A stretch of DNA of 62,629 nucleotides, counting the filler, from Rhabdomonas costata (Eukaryota): the NCBI GenBank assembly GCA_019059605.1. It is 26 parts of 26 records of this genome, joined end to end, with 100 filler letters (N's around TTAATTAATTAA, not from the genome) between each part and the next. Parts side by side here need not be neighbours in the genome. Positions count along the whole stretch, not along the records: positions 12,106 to 14,417 come from JAHMHO010004102.1; positions 14,518 to 16,829 come from JAHMHO010004103.1; positions 16,930 to 19,240 come from JAHMHO010004104.1; positions 19,341 to 21,649 come from JAHMHO010004105.1; positions 21,750 to 24,059 come from JAHMHO010004106.1; positions 24,160 to 26,472 come from JAHMHO010004107.1; 20 more parts are not named here. One strand, given 5' to 3'. The first letter of the stretch is position 1, and every line of letters starts with the position of its first letter. Below, piece by piece: positions 12,447 to 25,734 of the stretch. The notes beneath the pieces are model-generated. The model was not told the DNA's origin. It did no database searches and worked only from the letters and a program-made list of their open reading frames with translations. The position numbers and the translations under genes were made by a program.

Positions 12447-14371
12447 CTTCTCCTCCTCGGGCAGCCACGGGTGGGCCGCGAGGAGCTGCTGCCAGGTCTC
12501 CCGGCACAGGTGAACGCACCTGCACAGGGAGTGGGTCAGAACTTCACTGGTGCCGTGTATGTGTGTGTGGGGATAATTGGAGACGACCCATAAATGACTG
12601 TGGCAATGATGACTTTCGGGAAGTGCGCGACAGAATCGAACGTGCTGCTACCCTGGACCCACACATTGCTTGTAAAATTACGTAGTGTGCAGTAGGTAAT
12701 CACGCATAAATGTAATGGGCGCATACTTGCAGTCTTGGCCATAGAGGCACAGCTTTCGTAGATGTAGCCCGCAGACCTGAGCACGGAGTGAATCCCCATT
12801 CATATGAACGGAAGCAGAGGAGGAAGCCGGAACACTTCATGTCCTGCTCAAAAAAAACGCCACGTCGAAAACTCGTACCGGCCCAGCCGTCTTGCCACGC
12901 AAAAGCTTAAAGGATGGCAAACCCGATGAAGAGGGATCTGGATGACGGGCTTGTGGTTTTCCTGCAGAGGCTTTCCCTGCACTTGCGCCAGTAAGGTCTG
13001 GAGGTAGGCGGTGTGAGCAAGCCGCTCCCCAGGAATGTACAGCAGCTCCTTGCGGTCCTCGGCATACAGCGCTACCAGAGCTGAAAGGGGTTTGGGGACG
13101 CCATTAGTGCTGAGGGCGCCGATTTCCGATCGGTTTTATCGGACGCATCGCCAGTCATTTTGCTATTTAAAGTGTATCGTGGTTGTACATCCTGTGAAAT
13201 CAAAGAGGCAGGACATCACCTCACCCATTCTTTCCCCCCCACAACTATGAAGGGCATACTTGCCGATGAGTCGCACGAGACCAGCTGGATAAATTCCGGG
13301 ACGTGGGAGTTGACATCCCCGTGACACAAACAGCAGTCGTTGTTGGTGCTAAGGGAGAATTGAGATCCTCCACATGAGTCACAGAATAAGAAGAGAAGCA
13401 GATCCCCACAACTGCAACCTACATTGACTGGCCCATAAGAGGTTTTGGGCAGACCACACCCATCCACCAACACCCACAGACCTTCAAGTGACCAAGGAGG
13501 AGTGGGGTGGGCAACGGCATGCTGTCATCCTGTTGGCGAAGCTTCACAACCCGGACCACAAAACAAAACGAAAAAAGGCAGCCCCCTCAACTCCCTCAAG
13601 TGACGCAACCTCGCATGACGCGCGATCCCGAGACCGCAAGCAGCATTGCGCACAATTAAAGAGATGCACGCGCTGAGCGGCTAGCATACCGGTGGATGTG
13701 TCTCCGAGCAGCAACATAATCTCGGTCGGCGTGAAGTTGGTGGCACCGCTCCCCAGCCTTGCAGCGCCCTGAGAGTCGAGGAAGCCAGAAACAAACAGGC
13801 CGAAGAACGTTCATTTTCGCAAAGATTCTGATAATCATTTCAAGCCTCCCCCCCTACCCCAGGCGCCGAACATCACGTGTGCAACGCATAACTGAATATG
13901 AACGAATAGATCAAGTTCCCCACGTGAATGCTTGAAAAGCCTAGCACAGCGACCACAAAAATTTCTTTTTCAAAGCCGTGGTCCTAACGTGAAATGCTGG
14001 GTTGGTTCCACTCGCATGTTAAGGGGACGCTGGATGTCGTCAGAAAAACCATGAGACAAACAAAACCTGAACACGGGACACAATAATGAGAGTAACACAG
14101 AGTTTCAAACGGAGGACAATGCAGCACAACCACGCAGGCGCAAAAACAAAACGCCAGGCTCACCATCCAGAATCCAGAGCAAGTGCAAAAGTAGCGGGAA
14201 GGAACCTTTCTGGTACAGCATGCAAAGCGAGATGTCCCGGCGCCGGGCAAGCACGTCGCGGCTCCCAAAGGTCTCCGCAATGTAGGCCCAAGGAATCAGG
14301 TACGAGCCCACCTGCGGGTCGATTGTCCGCACCGCGGGAGTGGTGCTGGCGGTGTGCAGGATCTGCAGCAC
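12447..14371 (-). CDS. Tandem CCCH zinc-finger (RNA-binding) protein, partial; exons 14371-14206, 13768-13690, 13348-13260, 13080-12923, 12776-12727, 12519-~12447
   Basis: Two C-x7-C-x5-C-x3-H fingers appear only after splicing: CMLYQKGRCKAGERCHQLH and CGLHLRKLCLYGQDCKCVHLC. A CCLCHGD motif lies between them. Five in-phase GT-AG introns. Confidence 0.85.
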
Positions 14372-17300
14372 CTGAGGAAGAGGCAGGCCCGGAGAGCACT
14401 GCGGATCTACAGCAGTGNNNNNNNNNNNNNNNNNNNNNNNNNNNNNNNNNNNNNNNNNNNNTTAATTAATTAANNNNNNNNNNNNNNNNNNNNNNNNNNN
14501 NNNNNNNNNNNNNNNNNTGTTTTTGTTATTATCTTAGCTTCGGTGTCTTTGCAGGCGGAGGACTTTGCACACCACAGAAAGAGGTGCGAAGACCTAACGT
14601 TCTTGCGGGCCGCGGTGAGAGAGGGGAGGCTTGGGAAGCAATCCTCAGCCTCCAGATGACCGTGCAGTGAGCCTTGTGTCAATATTGTGTAGTTATCTTC
14701 AATGCGGAAACCGTCATCTTGGTGTGCATGTTCATTCTTGGATTCCGCTGTGCGTGTTTTACAATGCGGTTGGCGAAAGGCCGAATTTGGAGGCGATGCC
14801 GTACTGTGTGATCCTTCTGTTCGAAAAAGCCTTCACTCTCTGGGATGGTGGGTTCGCGCCCTGATACCTGGTGTGCTGCGGGGCAGCATTTGCGCGGAGT
14901 TCTTATTTTATGCCAGTGTGTCCTTTCATATGCGGTTTTTGCTCGGCAGTGTCAGAGACGGTGCCTCGCTGTACAGAAGGCTTACGCGGGCTGTGCAAAC
15001 CCGCTTACTGCCAGTGTTTGCTTGGTCGCTTCACTTCTAAATCTTTTGGTGGGTGATGGGAGAAATTCCGCACAGTTCTGTTCCAAATACCAAAGCGAAC
15101 GTGGTGCTCAACGCGGAGCTCAAAACTCGATCTCCGTTTCACACTCAATGGAAGCCACATTCTATCACTCCACAAGTTCAAGCGTATCGCGTGGCATTTT
15201 GTTTGATCCTACCGACCATCCGCACTGAAGTGATTTGCGTAAATGTGGGTCTTCGGTTGTTTTCCCAACTGTATTTTTTTGTTTTTAACCATCTTTAACT
15301 ACGGAAAGAACGAGAAACCAACAATGGAATGCCCGAGCCAACTGGTTGCCAATAGTGTAATCGGGACGGCGCACCCCGCCTGCCTTGGTCACGAAAGAAT
15401 ATGTAGATTAACAACAGACCACACAAGCAAAGAAGCTGACCGTATGGTGTCCGGTGATCAAGCGCGGCCAACAACAAGCTTGAAAAGGGGAGCCCGCACA
15501 CCGGGATTAGCTCAACCATCATTAATGATGTGGCAGATCTCATTTAAAAAGGATTATCGTAAAAACTGGCATTAATTCCGAAACTTTCTGGCACTCCTTG
15601 CCCGAGGGCTCTTTTTGACCCTAAAATTCCCCCTCAAAATTCCCCCTTCTTGCACCATGATCTTCCATTGCCCAGGAGGCCCACAAAAAGAGTTAAATTT
15701 GACCACAAACAACCATAAAATGCTCAAAATTGGCCAAAATTAGGTAAAAGAATAACCCCAAGTAGGCAAAATAGCCCAAAGCAGACAAAAATGTGCCAAA
15801 ATAGGCAAAATTTGCTCATAAAATAGCATCTGTGTCGTCAAATTTTTCCCCCTATACCCCGGAAAATTCAGTGTTGAGATGCGCAGTTTTTGTCCCAACA
15901 TTGACCCACGACGGGAAGGGAGGAAAAAGATGCAGAATTATATGCCTTTTCAGGATCCTTTTTATTTTGAGTTTTGTCATTTAATTTCATATCCTTTTCC
16001 AGGAAATAAAGACATCAAAAAACAATTTCATAAAACTTTGCTCGAAAAGTATGTGTTTTGAGAGTCATCACGCCTTTTTGTGCCCTTCTCTCTCTTTCCA
16101 AGGATATCAAGATATCGCTGTGATACTTGGCACACCAATGGGGCCCGTTTTATCGTCCAGAATCTTTCGCTCAGCTTTTTTTCTCTGTTTTCTTGCAATG
16201 AAATGTGAAGTGCGTCTTGTTCACGAGCCTTACTCGTACTCAGGTGTTCCGCTGTTGCTGTGTGGATAAATCTATGGAGCAGAGTTTTATTAGGTTCAAT
16301 TTGGTGAAACGAAGTTGGTTGACGTTTGCTTTCCTAGTTTTGAGTTTCCCTTTTGTTTGCGTGTTGTTCTTGTTGTTGTAGCCCTCGCTCTGACGTTGGT
16401 GGAGCAGCCGGAAGCTACTCCTGCTGATGCCGGTGCAGTCCCTCAGAGGTGTGGACCTTTGCTGTCTCGGGAATTTTTGAGGACGAGGCCTGCCTGCGCA
16501 TTGCCACCGGAAATTACGATAAAACTGGCGGAGGGGGGGTCTTTGTGCACTTGGACGCTTGTACTTTGCAGGGACTAGATTTCGCGGTGAGCGTCATGAT
16601 TTGTCCAGCGCACAGCCGTGGTTTTCTTTGCTGAGGTGCTCGGATAAGGGCAGCACGTGGGAGACTGTGAGTACACTTTTGTACGTGCGTTCTGCTGAAG
16701 TTCTGTCGTGCCTTTGGTTTCATTTTCGGCATGCAGTGGGGAGACGGCATTGCCAAGGCCTCCGCTATCCGCACCCCAAGACTCCGCCCCTGCCCGGAAG
16801 TTCATTCCACTGACCACCCCCCCAAACACNNNNNNNNNNNNNNNNNNNNNNNNNNNNNNNNNNNNNNNNNNNNTTAATTAATTAANNNNNNNNNNNNNNN
16901 NNNNNNNNNNNNNNNNNNNNNNNNNNNNNTTTGTTTCTCCCCCTCCTTTTCTTAATTTCGTGCAACTCTAACTTCTTTGTTGGTTTCCGCCTGTGTACGG
17001 CAACTTTACCACTGCAAATCAGGTTTTCGTCTGGGCCTCCAAGAGAAGTGTCAACATCAAGACAGGAGGAGGGCGGGGCATGACAACAGCCGCTGAATTA
17101 CCGCCGCTCCCATTTCAAAAAGCAGAGTAAGGGCAAGAATCAAACGCTTCACGGCAAAGAAGTCACAGGGTTTATCTTCAGGGATGGAAGCAGACCTTGC
17201 CCACGGGAGACGGTGACCGGGACATCTCTCGGCTGGTGCAGTCAAACGGTCACAAGCGGAAACCAACAAAGAAGTTAGAGTTGCACGAAATTAAAAAAAG

Positions 17301-19723
17301 GAGGGGGAGAAAGAAACCGTCAAAGCATGAGACTGGGATACAGGAGCAAAAAATCGCAGTACCTACCATACCCGCCTTCGGCGAAGAGGCACTAAACGGG
17401 AGTACTACCGACAATCTATTGATTTTTTTTTGGGGAAAACACAAGGCCGTAGTAGGCTGCTCAAAACGACGGTAAAACTCAGTCTGCAAAGAGCGTTGCA
17501 AAAGCGAAGCAGATGTAAGGATGGCAAAGAATGGAAGCACACGGCACTGAGTCCATCAAAACCGAAAAGCCTGGTTCGTGCTCAAGTCTGGCCTTGAATG
17601 CGGCAAAAAGCCTGCAGGGGAGATGCACGTTTACGGGACAATGTGAATTGTTCCTGATTGCAGTTTTTCATACGTGGTACCCTTGATACGTACCACGTTT
17701 TCTATATTTTCCTTAAACCAAAGCTTAATGTCCCAACTGCGGGGTTCAGAGCAGATAAGTGGGCTGCATCAGCAAAGCGTGCTTTGCGTGCGACCTCGGC
17801 AGGCGCGCAACGGCCGACTAGGCTGTCAACATGAGATGAACGAGGTGGTTTGTGTAACCATTGAAGTACCCTTCCTCTTCGTTCCCACAAGGCGAACGGT
17901 AGAGACACAAAGATCGGGGAAACATGTGAGAGTCACAGGGTGCATGATGCACCGAAGCTCACTCCAGGAAACACACGCTAAACATCTGCGAACAAAAGAT
18001 AAACAGCCGTCACCTTAAATCCAGCCCAACCTCAACGATTTGCAGTGCCGACATGCTCCCCTAAACTCTGCTTGCTAGTGAGCTCTGAGCAGTTTAACGG
18101 GGCAAGCGGCGGAGGTAGTTAGAGGGTGAATGAGAGGGACGGTTTGGAACACAAAGCACATTAAAACACAGAAGAGGCAACGAAGCACAGCATAGGGGAG
18201 ACCACAGAAGAGAGGTGGTGAGGAGGACACTTGGGCTGGAGGCGTCACCTTTCTTCTCCACAAAAACCCCCTGTGAGCCAAGGGCGGCTTCACAGGCATC
18301 CAGCACACTAGAGAGAAGGATCAGCAAAGGCGAGGGAACAATCAGTGGGTGGGTGTGGAGAAACTCAAACAGGAGCATTTTGGTAGCAAGATAATGACGC
18401 TCTCGACTTCTTCGGCAAAGGACGTGCGGGAGTGTGCGTTTGAACAGAGAGATGCAAAAAAAGAACAAAGGTGATGAAACACGACGTGATGAAACCCGAT
18501 GTTGCTAGGAGTGCCCCTGGCACAGCTGCGTTTCTGGAGCAGTGCTCTTGTAATGAGTGGTGGTGTGTTCTGCCGAAAAAAGATGCCATGTCTCTCTAAG
18601 GAGAGCTTAATTTGGGGAGACAACAGCCGCGAGGAAAAAACCATAATCGATGACAGGAAAAACTGTTAGAATTCCTGACGCTCGACATGAGACTGGAAAC
18701 GCTGAGCACGACGATCAAACAGACATACAGCCCACTCTGCGCGTCCCACGCGAAGGTGGTGAGCAGAATAAAAACCACAGGGAGGGAAGAAAAACAGAAG
18801 CAAACGAAAGCACGAAAGCGGTGGGTCCCCACACAGGAGAGGAACCTCCGGAGTGGGGAAATAACAAAGACGTGGGGCGTCTGCATTAAAAAAACAAGTT
18901 AAAAACGAAGGGAAGAGAAGTGAGTGGAGTGATAATCTGTGTGGGTTAGTGGGCAATGCTGCAATTACAGCGATCTGTTTGGAAAAGGAGATGGGACGAC
19001 CGGGAGCAGGGGTGGGGTGGGGGGCGGACGGGAGCTACTCACCCTGAAGTTAAAAGTGCCACTATACTCCCCTACCTATTCCAACCACTAGCTTCCTTCC
19101 TTCAAGGCCACGGACTTTTGCCACCGTAGAAGTTGCCCGTGTGGCTTGTCTACCGCATGACGTCAATAGGGCCATGGCTATCCCTCCACCAATTGAACCT
19201 TTGATCACCTGAGCAGAGCAGAAAAGGACACCCCCCCACCNNNNNNNNNNNNNNNNNNNNNNNNNNNNNNNNNNNNNNNNNNNNTTAATTAATTAANNNN
19301 NNNNNNNNNNNNNNNNNNNNNNNNNNNNNNNNNNNNNNNNTGTGTGGTTTTGTGTAACGGATGGGATGGCCTACGACGTGATGGGATGTAAAGGAACAGA
19401 AATGGGAATGGGAAATGATGGGTTTGTTGGATGCATTGTGGGTTTAAACCCCGGTGGGTACTGGCGTAGCTCTCCAACCACCTTAAAAGGTCTTTAAAGG
19501 GTTGTGTTTTATTTAAGGTTGGTTTTCGATAACCTATGCAATTGATGAGGGAAATGTCTATGGCGATCGCTACGCGCTGGATGTGCCAGAATTATCTTAT
19601 CGCTGATGTGGTGCTATGAGCTTTCCTTAATTTTTCTATGAGTGAATGCCAGAAGCAAAAACTTGCTGAGCCCCATTTCCAGTCTTATTGAAATGCGTGA
19701 ACATTCCTCGCTCTGCGATTCAG

Positions 19724-21617
19724 TGCTCCAGTTCTCCGGCAAGGCATGAGCGCGGCGGTATTCCCAGTACTTCGTCCTCCTCAGACCCTGTGGCTCGGCT
19801 GGAGGAGGACCGGGAGCGCCTTCTCGCCGAATTGGCTGTGGTGAAGTCTGAAGTCCAGACCCGGCTACTGAGTACGCTTGCCAGTCCCCTCACACCAGAC
19901 CTGTGCAATGCAGCAATGACCTGCACTTTGCCATTGCGAAATATTTAGTCATCAAAAGTTCCTGCGGGTAGCTTGGAGAGAACTGAATCAGCGGAGTCAG
20001 ATCAAAGCTTTTTCACGTCGTCTGACCGCACTCCCGTCCCATTTCATCCCCTTCGTTTTCCCACCTCTTCCCCCCACTTCTCTTCTCTTCCCTTTCCTTC
20101 CCCCTCTCCCATTCACACACTTTCTCCACACTTTTTCTTTTCGTTTTATATGTTTGCCACCTCCCTCTCTCCTTTATCAATGCGCCCTTGTACACAGCTA
20201 AAGCCAAAGCACTATTTATCCTGAAAGCAAAGGTGAATGTGCGCAACGGTGAATACCCCAAAGTTTAGTTTTGGATTCGTGCGTTAGGTGGTTTTCGAGA
20301 GGAAACACGAACCGTTACTACTGCTGCTGCTGCTTCTCTTTTGGGATTTGTTCTGTGGTCGTGAAATGACAAACCTGCACATAAAGCAAAGTAGCGATGC
20401 ACGGGCGCTTTCTGTTTCTTGGTTCACGCGCAAAGAGAAATCTACGAATTACAGAAATGCATGGCAGGTCAGCCCCAACCCCCTCCACTCCGCCTTCTGA
20501 TCCATCCCTAAAAAAACCAACTGCAGCGGGGAGGTTCAGCACACAAAGACCCAAGCAGACAGAGAAAAGGAAACAGAGTGGGGGCGAAAAAAGGTTTTCA
20601 GGCATCCGTCTCAAAACACAGTCAGGCTAGAAAGATGGCTTTGAAAGAGAAAAGATATGACACAAAAAACCACGTGCAACTTACGTTGTCCGGCCGTTCT
20701 GCTGGCTGCAAAACATGACGCTGCTCCTTCGTCTCACTCAAGCGTGCACGCTAGTTCATCAATGAAACAAACGGAAAAATTGAGTACAGTCACTACTGTG
20801 CAGAGACAAGAAGCTGCACGAAGAATCTGCGTCTTTCCTCTCTCTCATTGGGGCAGATGAGCGAGTCCTACAGCACCTCAACCAGCAACTGTTCCAGCGC
20901 TTGCAGCGCGTGGTCGAATCCCCTACAGCCACCGAGGTTTGCGTTGTTGGGGTTCTTGTCTTCGGGTTCGACGGCTGGTCTTGTGTGGAGACGTGAGGGT
21001 GTATGAATTCGCCAGTGCCAGTGCCAGGAGCTAGTGTTCTTCCTCGTTTTTTTCTCGCTTAGCTAAGTGGTACGACTGTCGCAGCACTGCGCCCCTCCTC
21101 TGCCTCGCCCTCGCCTGCGACTGCCTTTGCCGATAGTCACGGGATGCCATCCAAGGATTCTGCTGTGCTTGAAAGGTTCCACACCGCCTTCGTCACCCCC
21201 GCTATACATCGCACCACATTGAGTCTTTCATCCCACTTTCAGTTCAGTTACCTTTTCCTACCCTTCTGCACTGTCCCAACCACCCTCCAAGGTGTCCGTT
21301 GTCGTTTTGGCCGCCGCAAAGGGATATTCCCTCTTTTTCAGTGTTGCATTGGATTTCGGTGCTTTCTCCTCGCCTGATGTTGCCTTAATGGGAGCCAGTT
21401 TTCTTTTTGCATCGCTTTTCCGCTCTGACGGACATTGGAAAATTGACATATTTGCCGTGCGTTGTTTGCCATCCGTAAACATTTTAATGTTTTAGCGCAA
21501 TTGTTGTGGTTAGTAAATATTTGTGTCTGTGGGACGGGGTTGGTCAGGTTGGCTGCCCTGGAACATGAGAACGACCAGCTACAGCGGGAGGTCCGCAGCC
21601 TCTCACGATCAGCTCAG
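19724..21617 (+). CDS. Hypothetical coiled-coil protein, scattered exons (~19724-19852, ~20857-20936, 21548-21617)
   Basis: AG/GT-bounded GC-rich segments read VARLEEDRERLLAELAVVKSE, DERVLQHLNQQLFQRLQRVVE and LAALEHENDQLQREVRSL. No family recognised and exon phasing not fully resolved. Confidence 0.35.
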
Positions 21618-21749
21618 GTTCCCTCTCCCTCCCCCCCCTCCACCAACAANNNNNNNNNNNNNNNNNNNNNNNNNNNNNNNNNNNNNNNNNNNNTTAATTA
21701 ATTAANNNNNNNNNNNNNNNNNNNNNNNNNNNNNNNNNNNNNNNNNNNN

Positions 21750-23897
21750 GGGGATCTCTGGGGTGCCCAAGACGGTGTTCCGGGACTCCGAGTTCTCTGT
21801 CATGGTTCAGGTGAGTCTGTGTATGTTTGGCTCCTCCCCAGGATCTGCCCAGTGTATACTCTTGACCTTCCGGGCGAATTGTCCCAGTTGACAATAGTTT
21901 CTTTGAATAAAACCGTTGAGGTGTTTCCTTGGGTCAACTGCGTGGCTGCTGCAGGTGGGTGTTGCACTCCCTTTTCACTAGGAATATATGTGCCCGTTCG
22001 TCTTTGCTGCAGACTAGGGGGGAAAAACCTGGAGTGGGGATTCAATTGTGCAGAAGAGGGAGAATAGTAGCTTGTGCTTTGGAAAAGCAGGGCCATGTCC
22101 ACATTGGTGAAGAGACCGTAGGGCTCGAAGGCCACACTATCCACGTCCTCGTTGAGAATGGCGGAGAAGCAGGCTGGCCACCGTTTGGTCGAAGGCCGTC
22201 ACCTGTGGTTGGCTCCACAAGAAAAATTTCATTAGGGAGAGGTCCGGTGACCTGAGATGCCAAATGACAATACCCCTTTGAAGAACTTTCCCAGGAAAGA
22301 GACCTTGAATTATCGTAGCAGTGGGAGAATTGCCTTTTTGTTATCTTTTGGTGATTCTTTGCTATCCAAGCAACCCCCAAAAGTGGTTATTTTTTTTGTC
22401 TTGTTCAGGTCTTGGATACCCTAGGCCGTGTCGTGAACACTCCGGACTCCACCTTTGAGGTCTCGATCGCCCTGGCCTCCGGAAAGGGCAACCTGGGAGG
22501 CAAGAAAACCCTCGTCACGGAACATGGACAGGCAACGGATGCCCCATCCCCTTTTTCCCGTTCACGCTTTGGCATCCTTGTTTTTCCCTCTCAGCACTCC
22601 ACATGTCTTTCTGGCTGCTCGTCTGCACACGGAGCCCAGCCTTGTTTCTCCCAAAAGAGATCTTTCCCCTCCTGAATCATTAACAGGCTTGGTATCCGGC
22701 TGCATCTATAAACTCTATAAATCTATAAAGTCCAGGATTCAGGGGAAAATTCTGGCCCTCGCTGTTTTGGTCGGCGTTAAGGAGCTTCCTTCCGCTGTCG
22801 TGAACTTGGTTCTGCACCCCTACCGCTATTCATTTCCGTGCCCCTCTCCACTTTAAGCATCCTTTTGCGGGAATTCGAGAGAGGAGGGTAGCGAACATCA
22901 CGCGGTGATAGCGCTCAGATGGAGATGGATCCCCTTATTCCTACGGTTCTGCATGGCCGTATTGGTTCACCCTGTGAGAGGTCATCTCCGAAACCACTGT
23001 GCTTCACCCTGTGCTTGCCGCTTGGAAAAAGTTCTCCTCCCCCCCAAGCGAAACACAGTCTTTGAGACACCGTTGAACTGCGGTGCGGCCCAAAAGGGTC
23101 TGTATGCTAGATGGCGCCTGCTGGAGTGGAACATGGCGCCTGCTGGAGTAGATGGTGCTAGTTGGCTGAAACGTGCAGGCGATTCCCCACACGGGACAGC
23201 TTCGTTGTCGCAGTCAGGAATCCATCTAGGTCCATCGAAGCCCACCTCCCACAGGTAAGGTCATCATTTGTGTGGTATGCAGGCAATCTTCTACGACCTT
23301 ACGTATGACGAGCTAGAGCCGTTCTCTTTGAAGGCCACCAGCCCCTGCCTGGAGGCCGCCGAGACTCCGGAGCTGATCTACAGTGTCCGAGGTCTCTGCC
23401 CTCTATCCTTTTTTCGGCATCTCCGATCTCCGGGTGAGGGTGGGCCTTCAGTGATACGGAGGTTGGGTAAGAGCCGTTAACGGTGGGGTTGCCATCGATT
23501 GGTCGGTTTATCCAACATGGCGGGGCTGTGTCTTTGACTTCGCGTAAATCCGGTTGCTAAGCTTGCGTCTGTGATGTCGCACTCCTTTCGCACTCCTTTA
23601 TCTGGTGGTTTTTTCAGCTGCCCTTCTGCCGCGACTCGTTGCTTGCACCAATATTTTACCCGCAGCGGAATACAAGGTTTTGTGGGCTCTAACTGAGGCT
23701 GACTGAGAACTGGGGTGCATGTTTGCCTTGTGCTCCTTCAGGCAGCACCTATGCCCCTTCCAAACTGAGCTACGCGGAGCTTCCCCAGGGCACTGTACCG
23801 CGGGGTCATCCCTTCACCGTTGCCGTGGTCGTTCAGGACGCCCAGGGGCACGTTTGCGCCCAGGCCGACAACATGGTGGACCTGCAGCTCGCCACCG
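21750..23897 (+). CDS. Protein with repeated bacterial-type Ig-like beta-sandwich domains, partial; exons 21750-21810, 22409-22531, 23283-23391, 23742-23897
   Basis: Spliced VPKTVFRDSEFSVMVQVLDTLGRVVNT...VSIALASGKGNLGGKKTLVTEHGQAIFYDLTYD...FSLKATS, then a second repeat LPQGTVPRGHPFTVAVVVQDAQGHV...VDLQLAT. The FxVxVxxxDxxG...GxAxFxDL pattern resembles invasin/intimin-like Ig repeats. Confidence 0.6.
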
Positions 23898-24159
23898 GTG
23901 GGCAACGACCCCCTTCCACCTTTTATGGCAGCTGTTTTCGTTTTTGGAAGAACAACTCGTCAGCATGGCAGTCATCGTGGCAAAGGGAAAGCCCTAGCAA
24001 ACTGTTAAGAAGTTTCAGCAACACCTGAGCCTGGCGGCACTGAGCGCTTAAACAAACCCNNNNNNNNNNNNNNNNNNNNNNNNNNNNNNNNNNNNNNNNN
24101 NNNTTAATTAATTAANNNNNNNNNNNNNNNNNNNNNNNNNNNNNNNNNNNNNNNNNNNN

Positions 24160-24954
24160 TATATTTATTTTGTTTTGACCGTTGTGACCGTCATTTTTGC
24201 TGGGAAAATGCGTTGTGACCGTTGTGTGACCGTTGTTCGACCGTTGTGACCGTTGGGGAGAGAAGCCCCGGTCCTCTTTGCAGCAAGTGAACATTGCTGG
24301 ACACAACCACACCACATCAGCCAAGGCACGCCATCAGCCTCCTCTCAGCATCTGCAAAACCCTGCGCCCCACATTCCAGGGAATTTCTCCCGAATTAGGC
24401 CACATCTAACTCGTTTCCATTAATCCCTTTTTTCAAACACGTGTTTGGGATGGATGGCTGAAAAAAGGGGTTTGACTGGAAGAAGGCTTTGGAAAAAAAT
24501 TTTTTTGCAATGGCGGAAGATAAGTCAGAAGCATGCCGCAGTATCAGGATGGTCCATACACTTAATAAGCACAGTGGTGTCCCCGGGAAGTCTCAAAAAT
24601 GGCGGAAAATTGAAAATTAAGGCCATTTTGTGAAGGACTGTCCACGGTCACAACGGTCACAAAAAACAACAAAAGGTAGAACCTCCCTCCACTCTATATT
24701 TATTTTGTTTTGACCGTTGTGACCGTCATTTTTGCTGGGAAAATGCGTTGTGACCGTTGTGTGACCGTTGTTCGACCGTTGTGACCGTTGGGGAGAGAAG
24801 CCCCGGTCCTCTTTGCAGCAAGTGAACATTGCTGGACACAACCACACCACATCAGCCAAGGCACGCCATCAGCCTCCTCTCAGCATCTGCAAAACCCTGC
24901 GCCCCACATTCCAGGGAATTTCTCCCGAATTAGGCCACATCTAACTCGTTTCCA
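24160..24954. repeat. 260-nt direct duplication (24160-24419 = 24695-24954) containing a TGACCGTTG minisatellite
   Basis: Near-perfect copy. An inverted copy of the unit at 24644-24659 pairs with 24711-24726. Confidence 0.9.
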
Positions 24955-25734
24955 CCAATCCCTTAAGTCATTTTTCAAACACAACGTTTGCCAATAAAAG
25001 TATGAACACCCCCCACTCCCCCCAACCTACAATGTTGTGGAAGGGACGTGATGCACAAACTCGCTCCCTACCACAACAGTGTCTCCTTGCTCTCGTTCTG
25101 TTCCAATTTTCTCTTGATAGTCTTTTCACCCAGTACGTCCATTCTTCTCTTTGCTCTGTGACCCGATGTCCATTCCTGAACGTGCCGCCGCGCAGCCTTC
25201 CCTCAACCCATGCTATGAGGACATGGCCGAGGTTCGCGCTCCGTGCAGCTTTCAACGGCCCATCCCATCCTCCCTTCCCCTCCCCCGGCCTGGCCTTTCT
25301 GGCATAGTCATTCATGAAAGTATCACACACTGCAGCGCAGATTGTGTGCTGTTGGTCACCGCCCCTGCTCGGTGACATGAGTTTTTTCCATTTGCATTTT
25401 TGGGCATTGGAGTTGTCCAGCACGTCAGGGCTGTCTCTTGGTCCACCTGTGATGAGCCAGGACTTTTCCACGGGTTTTTCGACGGCATTGATTTTGTTTT
25501 TCAACCAATTATTTCAAAAATGCAATTTTAAAAGAGTTTTAAAAGGGTTTATGCACTTCACTGACACGGGCCACCCCATGAGCACAACTGCTGTGAGCGC
25601 GTCCCACGCCTGTGGCTGCATCTCTGTGTGTGCCTGCTTATTTGAAGTGATTTCATCTCAACCCGGAGTTGTGTGCCGTTTCAGGGAGTTGTGTGCCGTT
25701 TCTGGTTGAGGGTCAGTTTGTTTTAAATGCACAG

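Noticed and set aside
15600..15860. A-rich short repeats (aaaataggc/ccaaaat) as a structured element
   Set aside because: Low-complexity and degenerate, with no defined unit or boundaries.
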